Origin: Clostridia bacterium
GTDB lineage: Bacteria > Bacillota > Clostridia > UMGS1883
Assembly: GCA_045615705.1 (NCBI GenBank)
Contig: JAZLFH010000012.1
Location: 4,417 to 68,416, forward strand
Reading direction: 5' to 3'
Length of the DNA: 64,000 nucleotides
In this document: positions 36,833-47,819 of the stretch, piece by piece
Numbering within the stretch: the stretch's first letter is position 1
How the letters are laid out: every line of letters starts with the position of its first letter
The notes under the pieces: generated by a model
The model's database searches: none
What the model saw: only the letters and a program-made list of their open reading frames with translations
What the model was told of the DNA's origin: nothing
Made by a program: the position numbers and the translations under genes

Positions 36833-37717
36833 TTACAGTAAGACTTCACTAAAAACTCTTCTGAAATTATTATAAGCAATGTCTTTAACAACATCTTCCG
36901 GGTAGTTTCTTTTTAGAAGTTCATCGAAGATTTTGTTAAGTTCCGCCACACCAAAAATTCCATCGGGGAGTGCATCAACTCCGTCAAAGTCAGTTCCTAT
37001 GCCTATATTCTTTTCGCCGCCCAATGAAAGAAAATGCTCGATGTGGTCAATTACCGTATCAATATTACTGTTATCACCCAAAAAGTCGGCACAAAGATTA
37101 ATTCCGACTACACCACGGTTTAAAATAATTGCCTTAAATTCCTCATCTGTAAGATTTCTCTTGTATTTTGGGTTAACTGTTCGTGAATTTGAGTGAGATG
37201 CGACTACGGGATTTTTGGAATACTCCAAAACATCAAAAAAACTCTTATCGCCTATGTGTGATACATCAATTACTACACCCAAAAAATATGCCCTGTCAAT
37301 AATTTTGCGTCCGAAGTCGGTAAGCCCATGGTCAACATCGTTTGCAATACTTGATGCTGCTTCATTTCGGTTATTCCATGTAAGAGTAAGAAGCCTCATG
37401 CCTCTTTTATAAAAATAGTCAAACGCACTCATACTGCCTCTGAAAGCATCTGCTCCTTCGAGAGCCAAAACCGCACAAAACGGATTATTCAAATCATCAC
37501 GGCAAGTAACTTTTGTAAGATTATGCCTTCTTATCACTCTGTCGAAGCGTGGAAGTATTCTTTTGGTATAAGAAAATGCGGGGTAGTATTCGGGGCAAAT
37601 TGCGAAAATTTGAGTATAGAACGGGTACAAAAACATATCGGAAATTTCAAGTTGAGGATTTTCTCTAACTGACAGCGTATCGCAATGTGCATCAAAAACC
37701 CCATATTTAAAAGGCAT
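36833..37717 (-). CDS. membrane dipeptidase (peptidase M19 family)
   Basis: FDAHCDT, TWNNRN and HSNSR motifs are present. I chose ATG 37717, after a GAGGTGG RBS, over the track start at 37822 inside yraN. Confidence 0.85.
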   Translation of the reverse strand: MPFKYGVFDAHCDTLSVRENPQLEISDMFLYPFYTQIFAICPEYYPAFSYTKRILPRFDRVIRRHNLTKVTCRDDLNNPFCAVLALEGADAFRGSMSAFDYFYKRGMRLLTLTWNNRNEAASSIANDVDHGLTDFGRKIIDRAYFLGVVIDVSHIGDKSFFDVLEYSKNPVVASHSNSRTVNPKYKRNLTDEEFKAIILNRGVVGINLCADFLGDNSNIDTVIDHIEHFLSLGGEKNIGIGTDFDGVDALPDGIFGVAELNKIFDELLKRNYPEDVVKDIAYNNFRRVFSEVLL

Positions 37718-38072
37718 CTTTAACCACCTCAACTTCGGGTTTAATAAGTTTTTTATCATTGTAGTCGGAAACAACAGAAACAAAATCAAACCGAGTAAAA
37801 GAATCCGAAAGACCTCGCTCACTAAGATAAATCAAAGCCGTTTTTTTAATTCTTTCTATCTTTTTATAATTAATAGATTCACTCGGTGAAACAACAGCAT
37901 TTCTTTTTTTCAGTCGAACCTCTACAAAGCAAATGTATTCTTTATCCTGTGCTATAATGTCAATTTCCCCAAAACGAGAGTGATAATTTCTGTCTAAAAT
38001 CTTATACTTATTCTTTTTTAAAACTTTTACGGCAAGTTCTTCGCCCAAAACACCAATATCTTTTCTTTCCAT
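37707..38072 (-). CDS. yraN: YraN-family (UPF0102) endonuclease-like protein
   Basis: GEIDIIA...FVEVR... is present. It has the conserved position after rnhB. Confidence 0.8.
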   Translation of the reverse strand: MERKDIGVLGEELAVKVLKKNKYKILDRNYHSRFGEIDIIAQDKEYICFVEVRLKKRNAVVSPSESINYKKIERIKKTALIYLSERGLSDSFTRFDFVSVVSDYNDKKLIKPEVEVVKDAF

Positions 38073-38074
38073 AA

Positions 38075-38698
38075 TTACACAAACTTTTTTACAAAGGTTT
38101 TTCTGTGAAATTCACACGCACCGTGAATTTTAAGTGCTTCGATATGAACTTTCGTACCATATCCCTTGTGCTTTATAAATGAATATTCGGGATAAATTTT
38201 ATCAAGTTCCGCCATATATCTGTCCCTCGAAACCTTGGCAAGAATAGAAGCGGCGGCAATCGAGGCACTCTTTGAGTCGCCCTTTACTACGCATTGGTGA
38301 TTCAATTTGCAAAACTTAATATCATCTCCGTCAACAAGGACAAACTCGGGAGTCGTTTTCAAAGCAGTTATAGCCCTGTTCATAGCCATATATGTAGCGT
38401 TTCTTATATTGTACTCGTCAATTTCTTCAACACTTGCGGAAGCGATAGCATAAGAAATTGCGTTTTCACAAATTACATCAAAAAGAATTTCTCTCTTTTT
38501 TTCGCTGACTTTTTTTGAGTCGTTAAGACCTTCGGGCGAGAAAAAAGGCGGCAATATAACTGCCGCTGCAAAAACATCTCCCGCAAGAGGACCTCTCCCT
38601 GCCTCGTCAACTCCCGCAATCGTTTTGACTCCTTTTGAGAAGGCATCTCTTTCAATATCCCACATCATATTAAGACGCATTTCTTCTTTTTCGTTCAT
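38075..38698 (-). CDS. rnhB: ribonuclease HII
   Basis: GVDEAGRGPLAGDV and DSKK motifs are present. Confidence 0.95.
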   Translation of the reverse strand: MNEKEEMRLNMMWDIERDAFSKGVKTIAGVDEAGRGPLAGDVFAAAVILPPFFSPEGLNDSKKVSEKKREILFDVICENAISYAIASASVEEIDEYNIRNATYMAMNRAITALKTTPEFVLVDGDDIKFCKLNHQCVVKGDSKSASIAAASILAKVSRDRYMAELDKIYPEYSFIKHKGYGTKVHIEALKIHGACEFHRKTFVKKFV

Positions 38699-38707
38699 AA
38701 AAATCTC

Positions 38708-39529
38708 CTAATCAAGTGTTATTCTGCCAAGTTTGGAAGCCCTAAACTCATCAAGTAAAACATTTGATGCACGGCGAATGTCCGCTTCACCGTTTGAAAC
38801 AAAAAATGAGCGATTTTTTGCAATGTCAAAGAGAATATCATACCCATTTTTATCAATATCCGAAAGTGAATATCTTTCTTTGAGAGCATCGCCGTAGTTA
38901 TCCCTTAAAAAATCGCAAAGAGATGACGCCAATTCTTCCACATTCATTATATCGTCTTTTATTGCACCGGTAAAGGCAAGTTTTAACCCGACTGACTTAT
39001 CTTCAAATTTCGGCCACAAAATTCCGGGGGTGTCAAGCATTTCTATTCCGCTTTTTAAAGTAACCCATTGCTTTCCTCTGGTAACACCGGGACGGTCGCC
39101 GACTTTTGTCGCACCCTTTTTGGAAAGTTTGTTTATAAGAGAAGATTTCCCTACATTCGGTATACCGCAAACCATAATTCTGATAGGCTTATTTACGATA
39201 CCTCTTTTTTTATCACGCTCAATCTTTTCTTTTAAAAGTTCTTTTATCTTTGGTGCGATTTTGTCAACTCCCATACCGCTTTTTGAACTGATGAGAATTG
39301 CATTTAGTTTATCCTTCCACAAAAGGTTGGACTTTTCGTCCGCAATATCGCTCTTGTTTATAACGGTAACGATGGGCTTTCCCTTTGTAAGAGAGGGCAA
39401 ATCGGGGTTTCGGCTTGAAACAGGACAACGGGCGTCCAAAATTTCGAGGACACAATCTACGCTTTTTATGTCTTCTTCAATCATTCGCCTCGTTTTTGTC
39501 ATATGCCCCGGAAACCACTGTATATCCAT
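38708..39529 (-). CDS. rbgA: ribosome biogenesis GTPase A (YlqF/RbgA)
   Basis: It is a circularly permuted GTPase, with NKSD before GIPNVGKSS and DTPG. Confidence 0.9.
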   Translation of the reverse strand: MDIQWFPGHMTKTRRMIEEDIKSVDCVLEILDARCPVSSRNPDLPSLTKGKPIVTVINKSDIADEKSNLLWKDKLNAILISSKSGMGVDKIAPKIKELLKEKIERDKKRGIVNKPIRIMVCGIPNVGKSSLINKLSKKGATKVGDRPGVTRGKQWVTLKSGIEMLDTPGILWPKFEDKSVGLKLAFTGAIKDDIMNVEELASSLCDFLRDNYGDALKERYSLSDIDKNGYDILFDIAKNRSFFVSNGEADIRRASNVLLDEFRASKLGRITLD

Positions 39530-39541
39530 AAAAGCCTCCGA

Positions 39542-40117
39542 TTAAAATGTACAAATTTTGTTAAACGGCCAAAATCTTAAAACAGCATTGCCCAAAACAG
39601 ACTTTTCGGAAACAAATCCAACATCGGGGGAACGACTGTCTTTACTTCCGTTTCGGTTATCGCCAAGAACGAAGATATGATCTTCGGGAACAGTTGCTTC
39701 GGTAAAACTGAAGATGTTTCTCATATCTTCTTTTATATAATCTTCATCAAGTTTTTGTCCGTCAACAAAGACACTGCTTGTAGCATAATCAATCTCGACA
39801 TGCTGTCCTTCGGTTGCGATTACTCTTTTTACATAGCAATCCGAAGGGGAACAAGCAGGATGAAAAATAACAATATCGCCTTGTTTTGGAGTGTAACCCA
39901 GACGCCATACGACAAGTCTTTGGTTGTGAGCGAGAGTAGGAACCATACTGCTGCCGTCAACACGGACAACGGTAAAAATGAATGTGCGAATTACAAAAGC
40001 GATAACTACCGCCCAAAGTATAGCTTTCACCCACTCTAATGCCTCGCTTTTTAAAGAATTCTTTTTTTTATTATCATTATTTGTTTCGTTTGTTTCATTT
40101 ATTACTTCGTTTTCCAT
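39542..40117 (-). CDS. lepB: signal peptidase I
   Basis: It has a TM anchor, SMVPTL (the catalytic Ser region), and GDNRNGSKDSR. Confidence 0.9.
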   Translation of the reverse strand: MENEVINETNETNNDNKKKNSLKSEALEWVKAILWAVVIAFVIRTFIFTVVRVDGSSMVPTLAHNQRLVVWRLGYTPKQGDIVIFHPACSPSDCYVKRVIATEGQHVEIDYATSSVFVDGQKLDEDYIKEDMRNIFSFTEATVPEDHIFVLGDNRNGSKDSRSPDVGFVSEKSVLGNAVLRFWPFNKICTF

Positions 40118-40253
40118 AAAAATTCCACCTCTACGAGAGAGTATAGCACTGTTTCAAATTAAAATCAATAATCAAAGCAAAAAAGAATATTAAAATTCAA
40201 TTAGGGGATTAATAAAAAAAGCAGTTTGAAACTTTGTTCAAACTGCTTTTTTA

Positions 40254-40595
40254 TTAAAGTCTTTCTTTAACCTTTGCTGCCTTACCGACTCTGTCTCGCA
40301 AGTAGTAAAGTTTAGCACGGCGTACCTTACCGTGGCGAACAACTTCGATTTTTGCGAGGTTCGGCGAATGAACAGGGAATGTTCTTTCAACACCTACACC
40401 GTAAGAAAGACGGCGTACTGTGAAAGTTTCACTGATACCGCCATTTTTCATTGAGATAACAGTTCCTTCAAAAATCTGAACTCTTTCTCTTGTGCCTTCC
40501 TTAACCTTTACATGAACCTTAACGGTATCACCGATTTCAATTTTCGGAAGGTCAGTACGAAGTTGCGACTCCGTAATTGCTTTGATAATATCCAT
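40254..40595 (-). CDS. rplS: 50S ribosomal protein L19
   Basis: [13 protein letters not shown]...[13 protein letters not shown] matches L19. The second ATG has the better RBS spacing. Confidence 0.95.
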   Translation of the reverse strand: MDIIKAITESQLRTDLPKIEIGDTVKVHVKVKEGTRERVQIFEGTVISMKNGGISETFTVRRLSYGVGVERTFPVHSPNLAKIEVVRHGKVRRAKLYYLRDRVGKAAKVKERL

Positions 40596-40604
40596 CAAAA
40601 ACAT

Positions 40605-40712
40605 CCTTTCTTTTCCCGGAAATCCGGTATGCTGCGGCGTTCGTGCGAAAGAATGGCAGAGGACCGCCCGTAAATGCTTAGATAGAATACCACAAATTTA
40701 ATGCTTTTGCAA
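40605..40712 (-). promoter_or_regulatory. rplS promoter plus structured leader of about 75 nt (candidate L19 autoregulatory leader)
   Basis: On the minus strand: TTGCAA (40712-07), a 17-nt spacer, then TATTCT (40689-84). The leader contains the CCGGA-TT-TCCGG hairpin just before the RBS. Confidence 0.3.
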
Positions 40713-40830
40713 GAGTTTTTTTAAAAAAGTGCGAAAAAAGTGTTTTTTTATCTTAATTTTACTTGACAAACCTTATTTATAGTGGTAGCATAGACAAGAA
40801 AAAAACAAATGTCTATGAGCGGTGCACAAA

Positions 40831-41268
40831 ATGAGCGATAACGGAAAGTACATTTTAATAGACAGCGAGGCACTTCCGGATGTTTTTATAAAAACACTTG
40901 CGGTTAAAGAACTCTTAGAAAAGGACAAGCGTATTACGGTTGGTGAAGCTTGCGAAAAAGAAGGAATGAGTCGCAGTGCGTTTTATAAATATCGGGACAG
41001 TGTTTTTGCGTTTAACAGAATGCAAGGCGTACTTACGCTTTTGGCTGTTGTTCTCGATATAAAAGGAGTACTCAGTGAAATGTTAAACCTTTTAAGCGAA
41101 GAAAACTGCAACATTTTAACCATAAATCAGGGAGTACCGCTTAATTCGGTGGCAAATATTACATTTACCATACAGACAGAGAAGATGAACTGCTCGGTTG
41201 ACAGGCTTTTGACGAGGCTTAAATCAGTTTCCGGAGTAAGAAGTATAAACATTTTATCACAACAGTAG
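40831..41268 (+). CDS. ACT-domain protein (UPF0735/PheB-like)
   Basis: An N-terminal HTH-like region is followed by a C-terminal ACT fold. It is the first gene of the hom-lysC operon. Confidence 0.65.
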   Translation: MSDNGKYILIDSEALPDVFIKTLAVKELLEKDKRITVGEACEKEGMSRSAFYKYRDSVFAFNRMQGVLTLLAVVLDIKGVLSEMLNLLSEENCNILTINQGVPLNSVANITFTIQTEKMNCSVDRLLTRLKSVSGVRSINILSQQ

Positions 41269-41278
41269 GGGTGGAAAT

Positions 41279-42478
41279 ATGAACATAGCAATTATAGGAT
41301 ACGGAGTTGTCGGCTCCGGGGTGTACGAAGTGATTAAGGAAAACGCTTCGATATTGGCACGAAAATGTCAAAAAGATATTAATATAAAGTATATACTTGA
41401 TATCAGAGATTTTGACAACCACTGTGAAAAAGAAATCTTCACAAAGAATTTTGAAGACATTTTAAATGATGACAGTGTTGAAATTGTAGTTGAAACAGTC
41501 GGAGGAAAAACCTTTGCTTACGAGTACACCAAAAAACTTTTAATGGCGGGAAAGAGTATGGTAACAAGCAACAAAGAACTTGTTGCAACATACGGAGATG
41601 AACTTTTAAAAATTGCAAGAGAAAAGAATGTCCGCTATCTTTTTGAGGCGTCTGTCGGCGGAGGAATACCAATTATCAGACCTCTTGTTCAGTGCCTTGC
41701 GGGAAACAAAATCAATAAAATTGAAGGAATATTAAACGGCACGACAAATTATATACTTACAAAAATGTTTAAAGACGGTCAAAGTTTTGATGATGCACTA
41801 ATAGATGCACAAAAACTCGGTTATGCGGAAAGAGATGCTTCTGCCGATGTGGACGGATTGGACACATGCAGAAAAATTGCGATTTTAACTTCACTTTCTT
41901 ACGGATTTAAGATTAATGCGGATAAAATTCCGACCGAAGGAATAAGAAATATTACTAAGGAAGATGTTTCATACGCAGAAAAGTTCGGATATTCGATAAA
42001 ACTTATCGGGTACAGCAATATTTATGATAGCGGTGTAAACATAAGAGTTTGCCCTATGCTTGTAAGTAAGGAAAGCCCGGTTTCTGCCGTTGAAGATGTT
42101 TTTAATGCGGTTTTGGTAAACGGTAATGAGGTAGATGATGTAATGTTTTACGGCAGAGGAGCAGGAAAACTTCCGACAGCGAGTGCCGTTGTGGGCGATG
42201 TTGTCGATATTGCACAGACACCAAAAAATACGGGAAAATTTTTCTGGGAAACAGAAAAAGAAAATTCGATTCTTCCCAAAGAAGACGAGAAATTCTCCCG
42301 GTTGGTCAGAATAGAAAACGATAAAAAAGATATTTGCAAAAAAGTTTTCGGTGCTGATGAATTTTACGGCATAAATGATGAATGTGCGTTTATAAGCAGT
42401 GAAATCAGCGAAAAGGACTTTGATATTTTCTGTAAAAAGGTCGGAGGAGTAATAAGTTCTGTAAGAGTGTTAAAATAG
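41279..42478 (+). CDS. hom: homoserine dehydrogenase
   Basis: IAIIGYGVVGSG, GILNGTTNYIL and a C-terminal ACT-like region are present. Confidence 0.9.
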   Translation: MNIAIIGYGVVGSGVYEVIKENASILARKCQKDINIKYILDIRDFDNHCEKEIFTKNFEDILNDDSVEIVVETVGGKTFAYEYTKKLLMAGKSMVTSNKELVATYGDELLKIAREKNVRYLFEASVGGGIPIIRPLVQCLAGNKINKIEGILNGTTNYILTKMFKDGQSFDDALIDAQKLGYAERDASADVDGLDTCRKIAILTSLSYGFKINADKIPTEGIRNITKEDVSYAEKFGYSIKLIGYSNIYDSGVNIRVCPMLVSKESPVSAVEDVFNAVLVNGNEVDDVMFYGRGAGKLPTASAVVGDVVDIAQTPKNTGKFFWETEKENSILPKEDEKFSRLVRIENDKKDICKKVFGADEFYGINDECAFISSEISEKDFDIFCKKVGGVISSVRVLK

Positions 42479-42489
42479 GAGGTTTATAT

Positions 42490-43701
42490 ATGGCTTTAAT
42501 AGTACAAAAATTCGGCGGTTCATCTGTTAAAGATGCCGAGAGAATTATGAATGTGGCTAAAAGAATCGTTGAAACATACGATATGGGAAACTCTGTTGCG
42601 GTAGTTGTATCTGCTCAGGGCGACACGACAGACGATTTGATAGCAAAGGCAAACGAAATAAATAAAGATGCGTCAAAAAGGGAATATGATGTGTTGCTTT
42701 CAACGGGGGAGCAAATATCCATGTCGCTCCTTGCAATGGCGATAGAAAAACTCGGCCGCCCCGTAATTTCACTTAGTGCATGGCAGATAGGACTTTATAC
42801 AGACTCAAACCATTCAAATGCAAGAATTAAGCGTCTTATGGGCGACAGAATTCATGCAGAACTTGATAAAAAAAGAATTGTCATTGTGGCAGGATTTCAG
42901 GGAATTGACAAGTTTGACGATGTAACCACACTCGGCAGAGGGGGAAGCGATACTTCTGCGGTGTGCCTTGCGGCATCACTCGGGGCTGACCTCTGTCAGA
43001 TATTTACAGATGTTAAGGGTGTGTATACTACGGACCCGAGAATAGTGCCGAATGCAACAAAACTTGACGAAATTACATATGACGAAATGCTTGAACTTGC
43101 ATCTCTCGGTGCAAATGTACTGCATAACAGAAGTGTTGAGTTGGCAAAAAAGTTTCATGTAAAGATGGAGGTTCTTTCAAGTCTTGAAAAAGAGCCGGGA
43201 ACAATAGTTAAGGAGGAAGTTAATGTGGAAAAAATGATGGTTAGGGGCGTTGCCCGTGATAATGATGTAGCAAGAATTTCTCTTGTAAATGTAGAGGATA
43301 AGCCCGGAAAGGCTTTTCAGGTATTCTCACTTTTGGCGAAAAAGAAAATCAATGTGGATGTAATTTTGCAATCACTCGGAAGAGACAGTAAAAAAGATAT
43401 CAGTTTCACAGTACCGAGCAGTATGCTTCAACCTGCGATGGATATTTTGAATGAAAACAACTCGGAAATTAAGGCATCGGAGATTGTTTATGACGACAAT
43501 GTGTCAAAGGTTTCAATAGTAGGTGCCGGTATGGCAAGTAACCCCGGTGTTGCATCGCTTATGTTTGAAGCACTTTACGATGCCGATGTAAATATACATA
43601 TGATTTCAACAAGCGAAATCAAGATTAGTGTGCTTATTGACAGAGAAAATGCGGAAAGAGCGGTTCGTGCAATTCACGATAAGTTCCATTTGGGTGAATA
43701 A
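42490..43701 (+). CDS. lysC: aspartate kinase
   Basis: VQKFGGSS, TLGRGGSDTSA and two C-terminal ACT domains are present. Confidence 0.9.
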   Translation: MALIVQKFGGSSVKDAERIMNVAKRIVETYDMGNSVAVVVSAQGDTTDDLIAKANEINKDASKREYDVLLSTGEQISMSLLAMAIEKLGRPVISLSAWQIGLYTDSNHSNARIKRLMGDRIHAELDKKRIVIVAGFQGIDKFDDVTTLGRGGSDTSAVCLAASLGADLCQIFTDVKGVYTTDPRIVPNATKLDEITYDEMLELASLGANVLHNRSVELAKKFHVKMEVLSSLEKEPGTIVKEEVNVEKMMVRGVARDNDVARISLVNVEDKPGKAFQVFSLLAKKKINVDVILQSLGRDSKKDISFTVPSSMLQPAMDILNENNSEIKASEIVYDDNVSKVSIVGAGMASNPGVASLMFEALYDADVNIHMISTSEIKISVLIDRENAERAVRAIHDKFHLGE

Positions 43702-43708
43702 ATTAAAA

Positions 43709-43747
43709 GGGATGTAAAAAACAATCGTTTTTTACATCCACTTTTTT
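43709..43747. terminator. bidirectional terminator, member of a repeated GGATGTAAAA/TTTTACATCC hairpin pair
   Basis: The sequence is GGGATGTAAAAAACAATCGTTTTTTACATCC followed by ACTTTTTT. Confidence 0.6.
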
Positions 43748-43890
43748 GTTCGTAGCATAAAGAATTAGTTTTATTAAGTTTTGTAAAAACCGAGTTTTTA
43801 CTTAACTTTAAAAATTATTTAACAAAACAAAATGTTATTGTTTGTTTGTTTCTTTCTTTATGCGGTCTGTATGTTTTTTTACAGCCCGGG

Positions 43891-44283
43891 CTAAAACTCT
43901 ATAATTTCCCCACGCTTTACCCTCTCGGATATGTCATCAAGTTCGGCAAACGAAAATCTTGAAGGGTCTCTGGCAACACTTAAAGGAGTAGATGAGTCCA
44001 TTCCGCTCTCGACTATGCGGTCGCTTTTTTCCATAGCACTTTTTTTGACTTTTTCTTCTCGCTCTTTTGCCTTTAAAATAATGTCCTCGGGGTTTTCTGC
44101 GGCGTATTCACTCATTAAGTTCTGAGTTACTTCCTTTAATTTTGTGAGTTCGTCTTTTGTTTCACGAAACTCGCCGAGTCTTTTTCCTATAATGGAATCA
44201 ATTTCGTTTTGCCATTCCTCTTGGGAAGCATAAGTTTTAAAAAATTCATTAGTGTCTTTTTCCAAAAATAACACTCCTTTCAA
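43891..44283 (-). CDS. hypothetical acidic coiled-coil protein
   Basis: The ORF has a plausible AAAGGAG RBS if translation starts at the internal TTG (MEKDTNEFF...). I recognise no family. Confidence 0.4.
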   Translation of the reverse strand: MKGVLFLEKDTNEFFKTYASQEEWQNEIDSIIGKRLGEFRETKDELTKLKEVTQNLMSEYAAENPEDIILKAKEREEKVKKSAMEKSDRIVESGMDSSTPLSVARDPSRFSFAELDDISERVKRGEIIEF

Positions 44284-44326
44284 CAGTTATGATAAACTAT
44301 AAAAAGGAGCGAGTGTGTAAATTTAA

Positions 44327-44953
44327 TTAAATTTTTTTTGGACAAATTTCTTTTGCGGGGCAGTTTTTGCAATCCGGCTTTCGAGCCGTGCAATATTCAC
44401 GCCCGAAAAGTACGAGCCGGTGGCAAAATTCACTTTGCAAATCAACAGGGATTAAATCTTTGGTGTCAAGTTCGACTTTATAAGGTTCGGTTTCTTTTGT
44501 AAGACCGACTCTCTTTAAAATTCTTTTTGCGTGTGTGTCAATTACCATTCCGCCCTTTTGATAAATATCACCCAAAATCAAATTGGCGGTTTTTCGACCG
44601 ACACCTGCCAAAGAAAGAAGGTCGTCCATATTATCGGGAACTTTTCCGCCGAAGACATCGCAAATTCTTTGCGAGCAGGCAATAATGTTTTTTGCTTTGC
44701 TGCGGAAAAAACCTATCGGGCGGATAATTTCTTCTACATCTTTGAGTGAAGCGTCTTTTAAGTCTGAGGCACTTTTGTACTTTTCAAAAAGAATGGGAGT
44801 TACCGTGTTAACCCTTGCATCGGTGCATTGTGCGGAAAGTTCAACCGCAATCAAAAGTTCAAGGGGATTTGAGTAATTTAGCGAGCAGACGGCATCGGGA
44901 TATGTAGTTTTAAGAATATCAAAAAAAGCAATGGCTTTCTCTTTCTTTTTCAA
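44327..44953 (-). CDS. nth: endonuclease III
   Basis: It has the HhH-GPD motif (LLSLAGVGRKTAN) and a C-terminal 4Fe-4S cluster CX6CX2CX5C. Confidence 0.95.
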   Translation of the reverse strand: MKKKEKAIAFFDILKTTYPDAVCSLNYSNPLELLIAVELSAQCTDARVNTVTPILFEKYKSASDLKDASLKDVEEIIRPIGFFRSKAKNIIACSQRICDVFGGKVPDNMDDLLSLAGVGRKTANLILGDIYQKGGMVIDTHAKRILKRVGLTKETEPYKVELDTKDLIPVDLQSEFCHRLVLFGREYCTARKPDCKNCPAKEICPKKI

Positions 44954-45050
44954 AATTTCACCCCTTTTTTAAAATAATATCATAAAAAGATTGAAATTTA
45001 AAGCAAAAATATGTATAATAAAAGCAATTTAGCAGTGGAGGTATTTTTTA

Positions 45051-46286
45051 ATGTATCAGATTGACAAAATAAGGGAGTTCGACAGTGAACTTGCTCAGGC
45101 AATAGACAACGAGGCAAACAGACAAAGAAATAAGATTGAACTTATTGCTTCCGAAAACTTTGTAAGCGAAGCGGTAATGCAAGCAATGGGGACTCCTCTT
45201 ACAAATAAATATGCGGAAGGATATCCGGGAAAGCGTTATTACGGAGGATGCGAATTTGTCGATGTTGTTGAAACGCTTGCCATCGAGAGAGCAAAGAAAC
45301 TTTTCGGAGCGGACCATGCAAATGTTCAGCCTCATAGCGGTGCTCAGGCAAACTTGGCAGTATTTTTCTCGGTTTTAAGTCCGGGAGATACCGTTCTTTC
45401 GATGAGCCTTGCTCACGGCGGACATCTTTCACACGGAAGCCCGGTAAACATTTCGGGTAAGTATTTTAATATTGTACCTTACGGTGTATCCGAAGGCGAA
45501 AACACAATAGATTATGATGAAGTAAGACGCCTTGCAATTGAATGCAAGCCGAAGTTGATTTTGGCAGGAGCAAGTGCATATCCGAGAAACATTGACTTTA
45601 AGAAGTTTTCGGAGATTGCCAAAGAGGTAGGGGCATATTTCATGGTAGATATGGCTCACATTGCGGGACTTGTTGCGGCAGGTCTTCACCAAAACCCCGT
45701 TCCTTATGCGGATTTTGTTACAACTACTACGCATAAGACTTTAAGAGGTCCTCGTGGCGGTATGATTCTTTGCAAAGAAGAACACGCTAAATTAATAGAT
45801 AAGGCAATTTTCCCCGGTATTCAGGGCGGACCGTTGATGCATGTTATTGCGGGAAAGGCCGTTAGCCTTAAAGAAGCACTTTCCGATGACTTCAAAAAGT
45901 ACCAGGAACAGATTGTCAAAAACGCAAAAGCATTCAGCGAAGCACTTATGGGGTACGGCTTTAATTTGGTGTCGGGAGGAACGGACAACCACCTCATGTT
46001 GGTTGACCTTACGAGTTTTAACATAACGGGAAAAGATGCCGAGAAAAAACTTGACGATGTAGGTATTACATGTAACAAAAATGCAATTCCGTTTGATAAG
46101 CAAAGTCCGTTTATCACAAGCGGTATAAGACTTGGAACGCCTGCTGTTACATCAAGAGGCATGAAAGAGGACGATATGAAAGAAATTGCTCGTCTTATCT
46201 ATGTAACGCTTACGGACAAAGAAAGCACTGACGAAATTAAAAAGGGTGTTAAGGCACTTTGCGACAAGCATCCGCTTTACGCATAA
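45051..46286 (+). CDS. glyA: serine hydroxymethyltransferase
   Basis: LIASENF and [14 protein letters not shown] are present. Confidence 0.95.
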   Translation: MYQIDKIREFDSELAQAIDNEANRQRNKIELIASENFVSEAVMQAMGTPLTNKYAEGYPGKRYYGGCEFVDVVETLAIERAKKLFGADHANVQPHSGAQANLAVFFSVLSPGDTVLSMSLAHGGHLSHGSPVNISGKYFNIVPYGVSEGENTIDYDEVRRLAIECKPKLILAGASAYPRNIDFKKFSEIAKEVGAYFMVDMAHIAGLVAAGLHQNPVPYADFVTTTTHKTLRGPRGGMILCKEEHAKLIDKAIFPGIQGGPLMHVIAGKAVSLKEALSDDFKKYQEQIVKNAKAFSEALMGYGFNLVSGGTDNHLMLVDLTSFNITGKDAEKKLDDVGITCNKNAIPFDKQSPFITSGIRLGTPAVTSRGMKEDDMKEIARLIYVTLTDKESTDEIKKGVKALCDKHPLYA

Positions 46287-46316
46287 TAAAAAAAGCCGAG
46301 CATTGCTCGGCTTTTT

Positions 46317-47396
46317 TTATTTTATTAAATAATCCGTTCCGAATCTTGCAGAAAGAATATCTGCGATAACTATCGCACAAAGGCTGTCCGTTACAGGACA
46401 AATTCGCCTTATTATTGCACTGTCATGGCGACCTTTTACAGAAATTTTTGTGTTTTCATTTTTTATAAAATCTACTGTGTCCTGCTCTTTCTTTATTGAC
46501 GGAGTGGGCTTTACTACGCAGTTAAACAAAATCGGCATACCGTTTGTAATTCCGCCCGTTATACCGCCGTTATTGTTTGTCTTTGTATAAATCTCGCCGT
46601 TTTCCATAAAGAGTTCGTCATTTAGTTCACTTCCCAAGCCTTTTGCAAATGAAAAGCCTTTACCGAATTCGATGCCCTTAATTGAGCCGACAGAAAACAT
46701 TGCGTGAGAAATTAAACTCTCAATCGAGTCGAAATACGGCTCACCCAAGCCTTTTTTTATTCCGAAAATTCCGGTTTGGATAACTCCGCCGATACTGTCT
46801 CCGTTATAGCGGACATTTTCAATTTTTTTAATCATTTTTTCTTTTAAAGAATATTCTAAAACGGGAAAATCACTATTATTTAGTAAATCAATATCGCTTT
46901 TATCACTAAAATCTCTGTCAACAAAATCAGCTAATTTTAAAATGTGAGTACCTATACTTATTCCGTGATTGTTTAAATACGGCATGAGAATTGCACCCAG
47001 AGCGACAATCGGAGCGGTCAGCCTGCCCGAGAAATGTCCGCCGCCACGATAGTCTTCAAATCCGTGATATTTAAGGTAGGCTGTGTAGTCGCAATGCGAA
47101 GGACGGGCGATTCCCCTTTGGTAAGAAGTGCTTAAAGTATCGTTGTTTTTGATGACGATTGTAAGAGGAGTACCGGTAGTTTTTCCGTTAAAGACACCGC
47201 TTAAAATTTTAAATTCGTCTTTCTCACGCCTTTTGGATTCGTAAAAATCGGGACGGCGTTTATTAAGGTAAAGTGTAATCAGTTCTTCATCAACCACAAG
47301 CCCGGGACAAACTCCGTCTGCAACAATTCCGACAAAGTCTTGGTGGCTTTCGCCAAAAAGGGTTATGGTCAGACTGTTTCCGAATGTATTTTTCAT
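46317..47396 (-). CDS. aroC: chorismate synthase
   Basis: FGESHQ, RPSHCDY and GRHDS motifs are present. Confidence 0.95.
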   Translation of the reverse strand: MKNTFGNSLTITLFGESHQDFVGIVADGVCPGLVVDEELITLYLNKRRPDFYESKRREKDEFKILSGVFNGKTTGTPLTIVIKNNDTLSTSYQRGIARPSHCDYTAYLKYHGFEDYRGGGHFSGRLTAPIVALGAILMPYLNNHGISIGTHILKLADFVDRDFSDKSDIDLLNNSDFPVLEYSLKEKMIKKIENVRYNGDSIGGVIQTGIFGIKKGLGEPYFDSIESLISHAMFSVGSIKGIEFGKGFSFAKGLGSELNDELFMENGEIYTKTNNNGGITGGITNGMPILFNCVVKPTPSIKKEQDTVDFIKNENTKISVKGRHDSAIIRRICPVTDSLCAIVIADILSARFGTDYLIK

Positions 47397-47397
47397 A

Positions 47398-47670
47398 TCA
47401 AACCTCTTTTGATAAATCTTCCTGATACCTGCAAGAAAGAGAAATCACATTTTTTAAAAATTCTTCATAGTATGATTTTACGGATTCGTCAACGAGGGAT
47501 AAGTTGTTTATAATAACTTCATCTTCCCGTTTTCTGTCTTTTATGCAAAGACCGTTTTTTGTCTTGTACGCTGCAATTTTTTTTGAAATTTCCATTCTTT
47601 TTTCAAAAAGCTGAGCCATTTTACCGTCAATTTTTGAAATGTCATCTCTTAAAAGTTCAAGTTCACTCAT
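47398..47670 (-). CDS. chorismate mutase (AroQ type)
   Basis: 90 aa and helical. It reads LRDDISKIDGKMAQLFEKRMEISKKIAAYK. It is adjacent to aroC. Confidence 0.7.
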   Translation of the reverse strand: MSELELLRDDISKIDGKMAQLFEKRMEISKKIAAYKTKNGLCIKDRKREDEVIINNLSLVDESVKSYYEEFLKNVISLSCRYQEDLSKEV

Positions 47671-47819
47671 AAAAGCACCTCAAAATTATAAATTCCATAC
47701 CTAAATTATGCTCAAATCACCGTAAATTGTCAATACCTTTCCAAAAAAAGAAAAAACTATTGAAACAACCGAAATAAAAAGGTATAATGGGAAAAGCATA
47801 CCATGAAAGGAAAATAAAA

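Noticed and set aside
43891-44283. Phage scaffold or prophage remnant
   Set aside because: It is an isolated acidic coiled-coil ORF with no other phage-like genes, integrase or att repeats around it. The evidence is insufficient.
47671-47819. T-box leader upstream of tyrS (and of cysS at 21294-21386)
   Set aside because: The intergenic regions are only about 90-150 nt and hold just a promoter (for example TTGAAA, 17 nt, TATAAT before tyrS). There is no specifier hairpin, T-box sequence or terminator/antiterminator pair.
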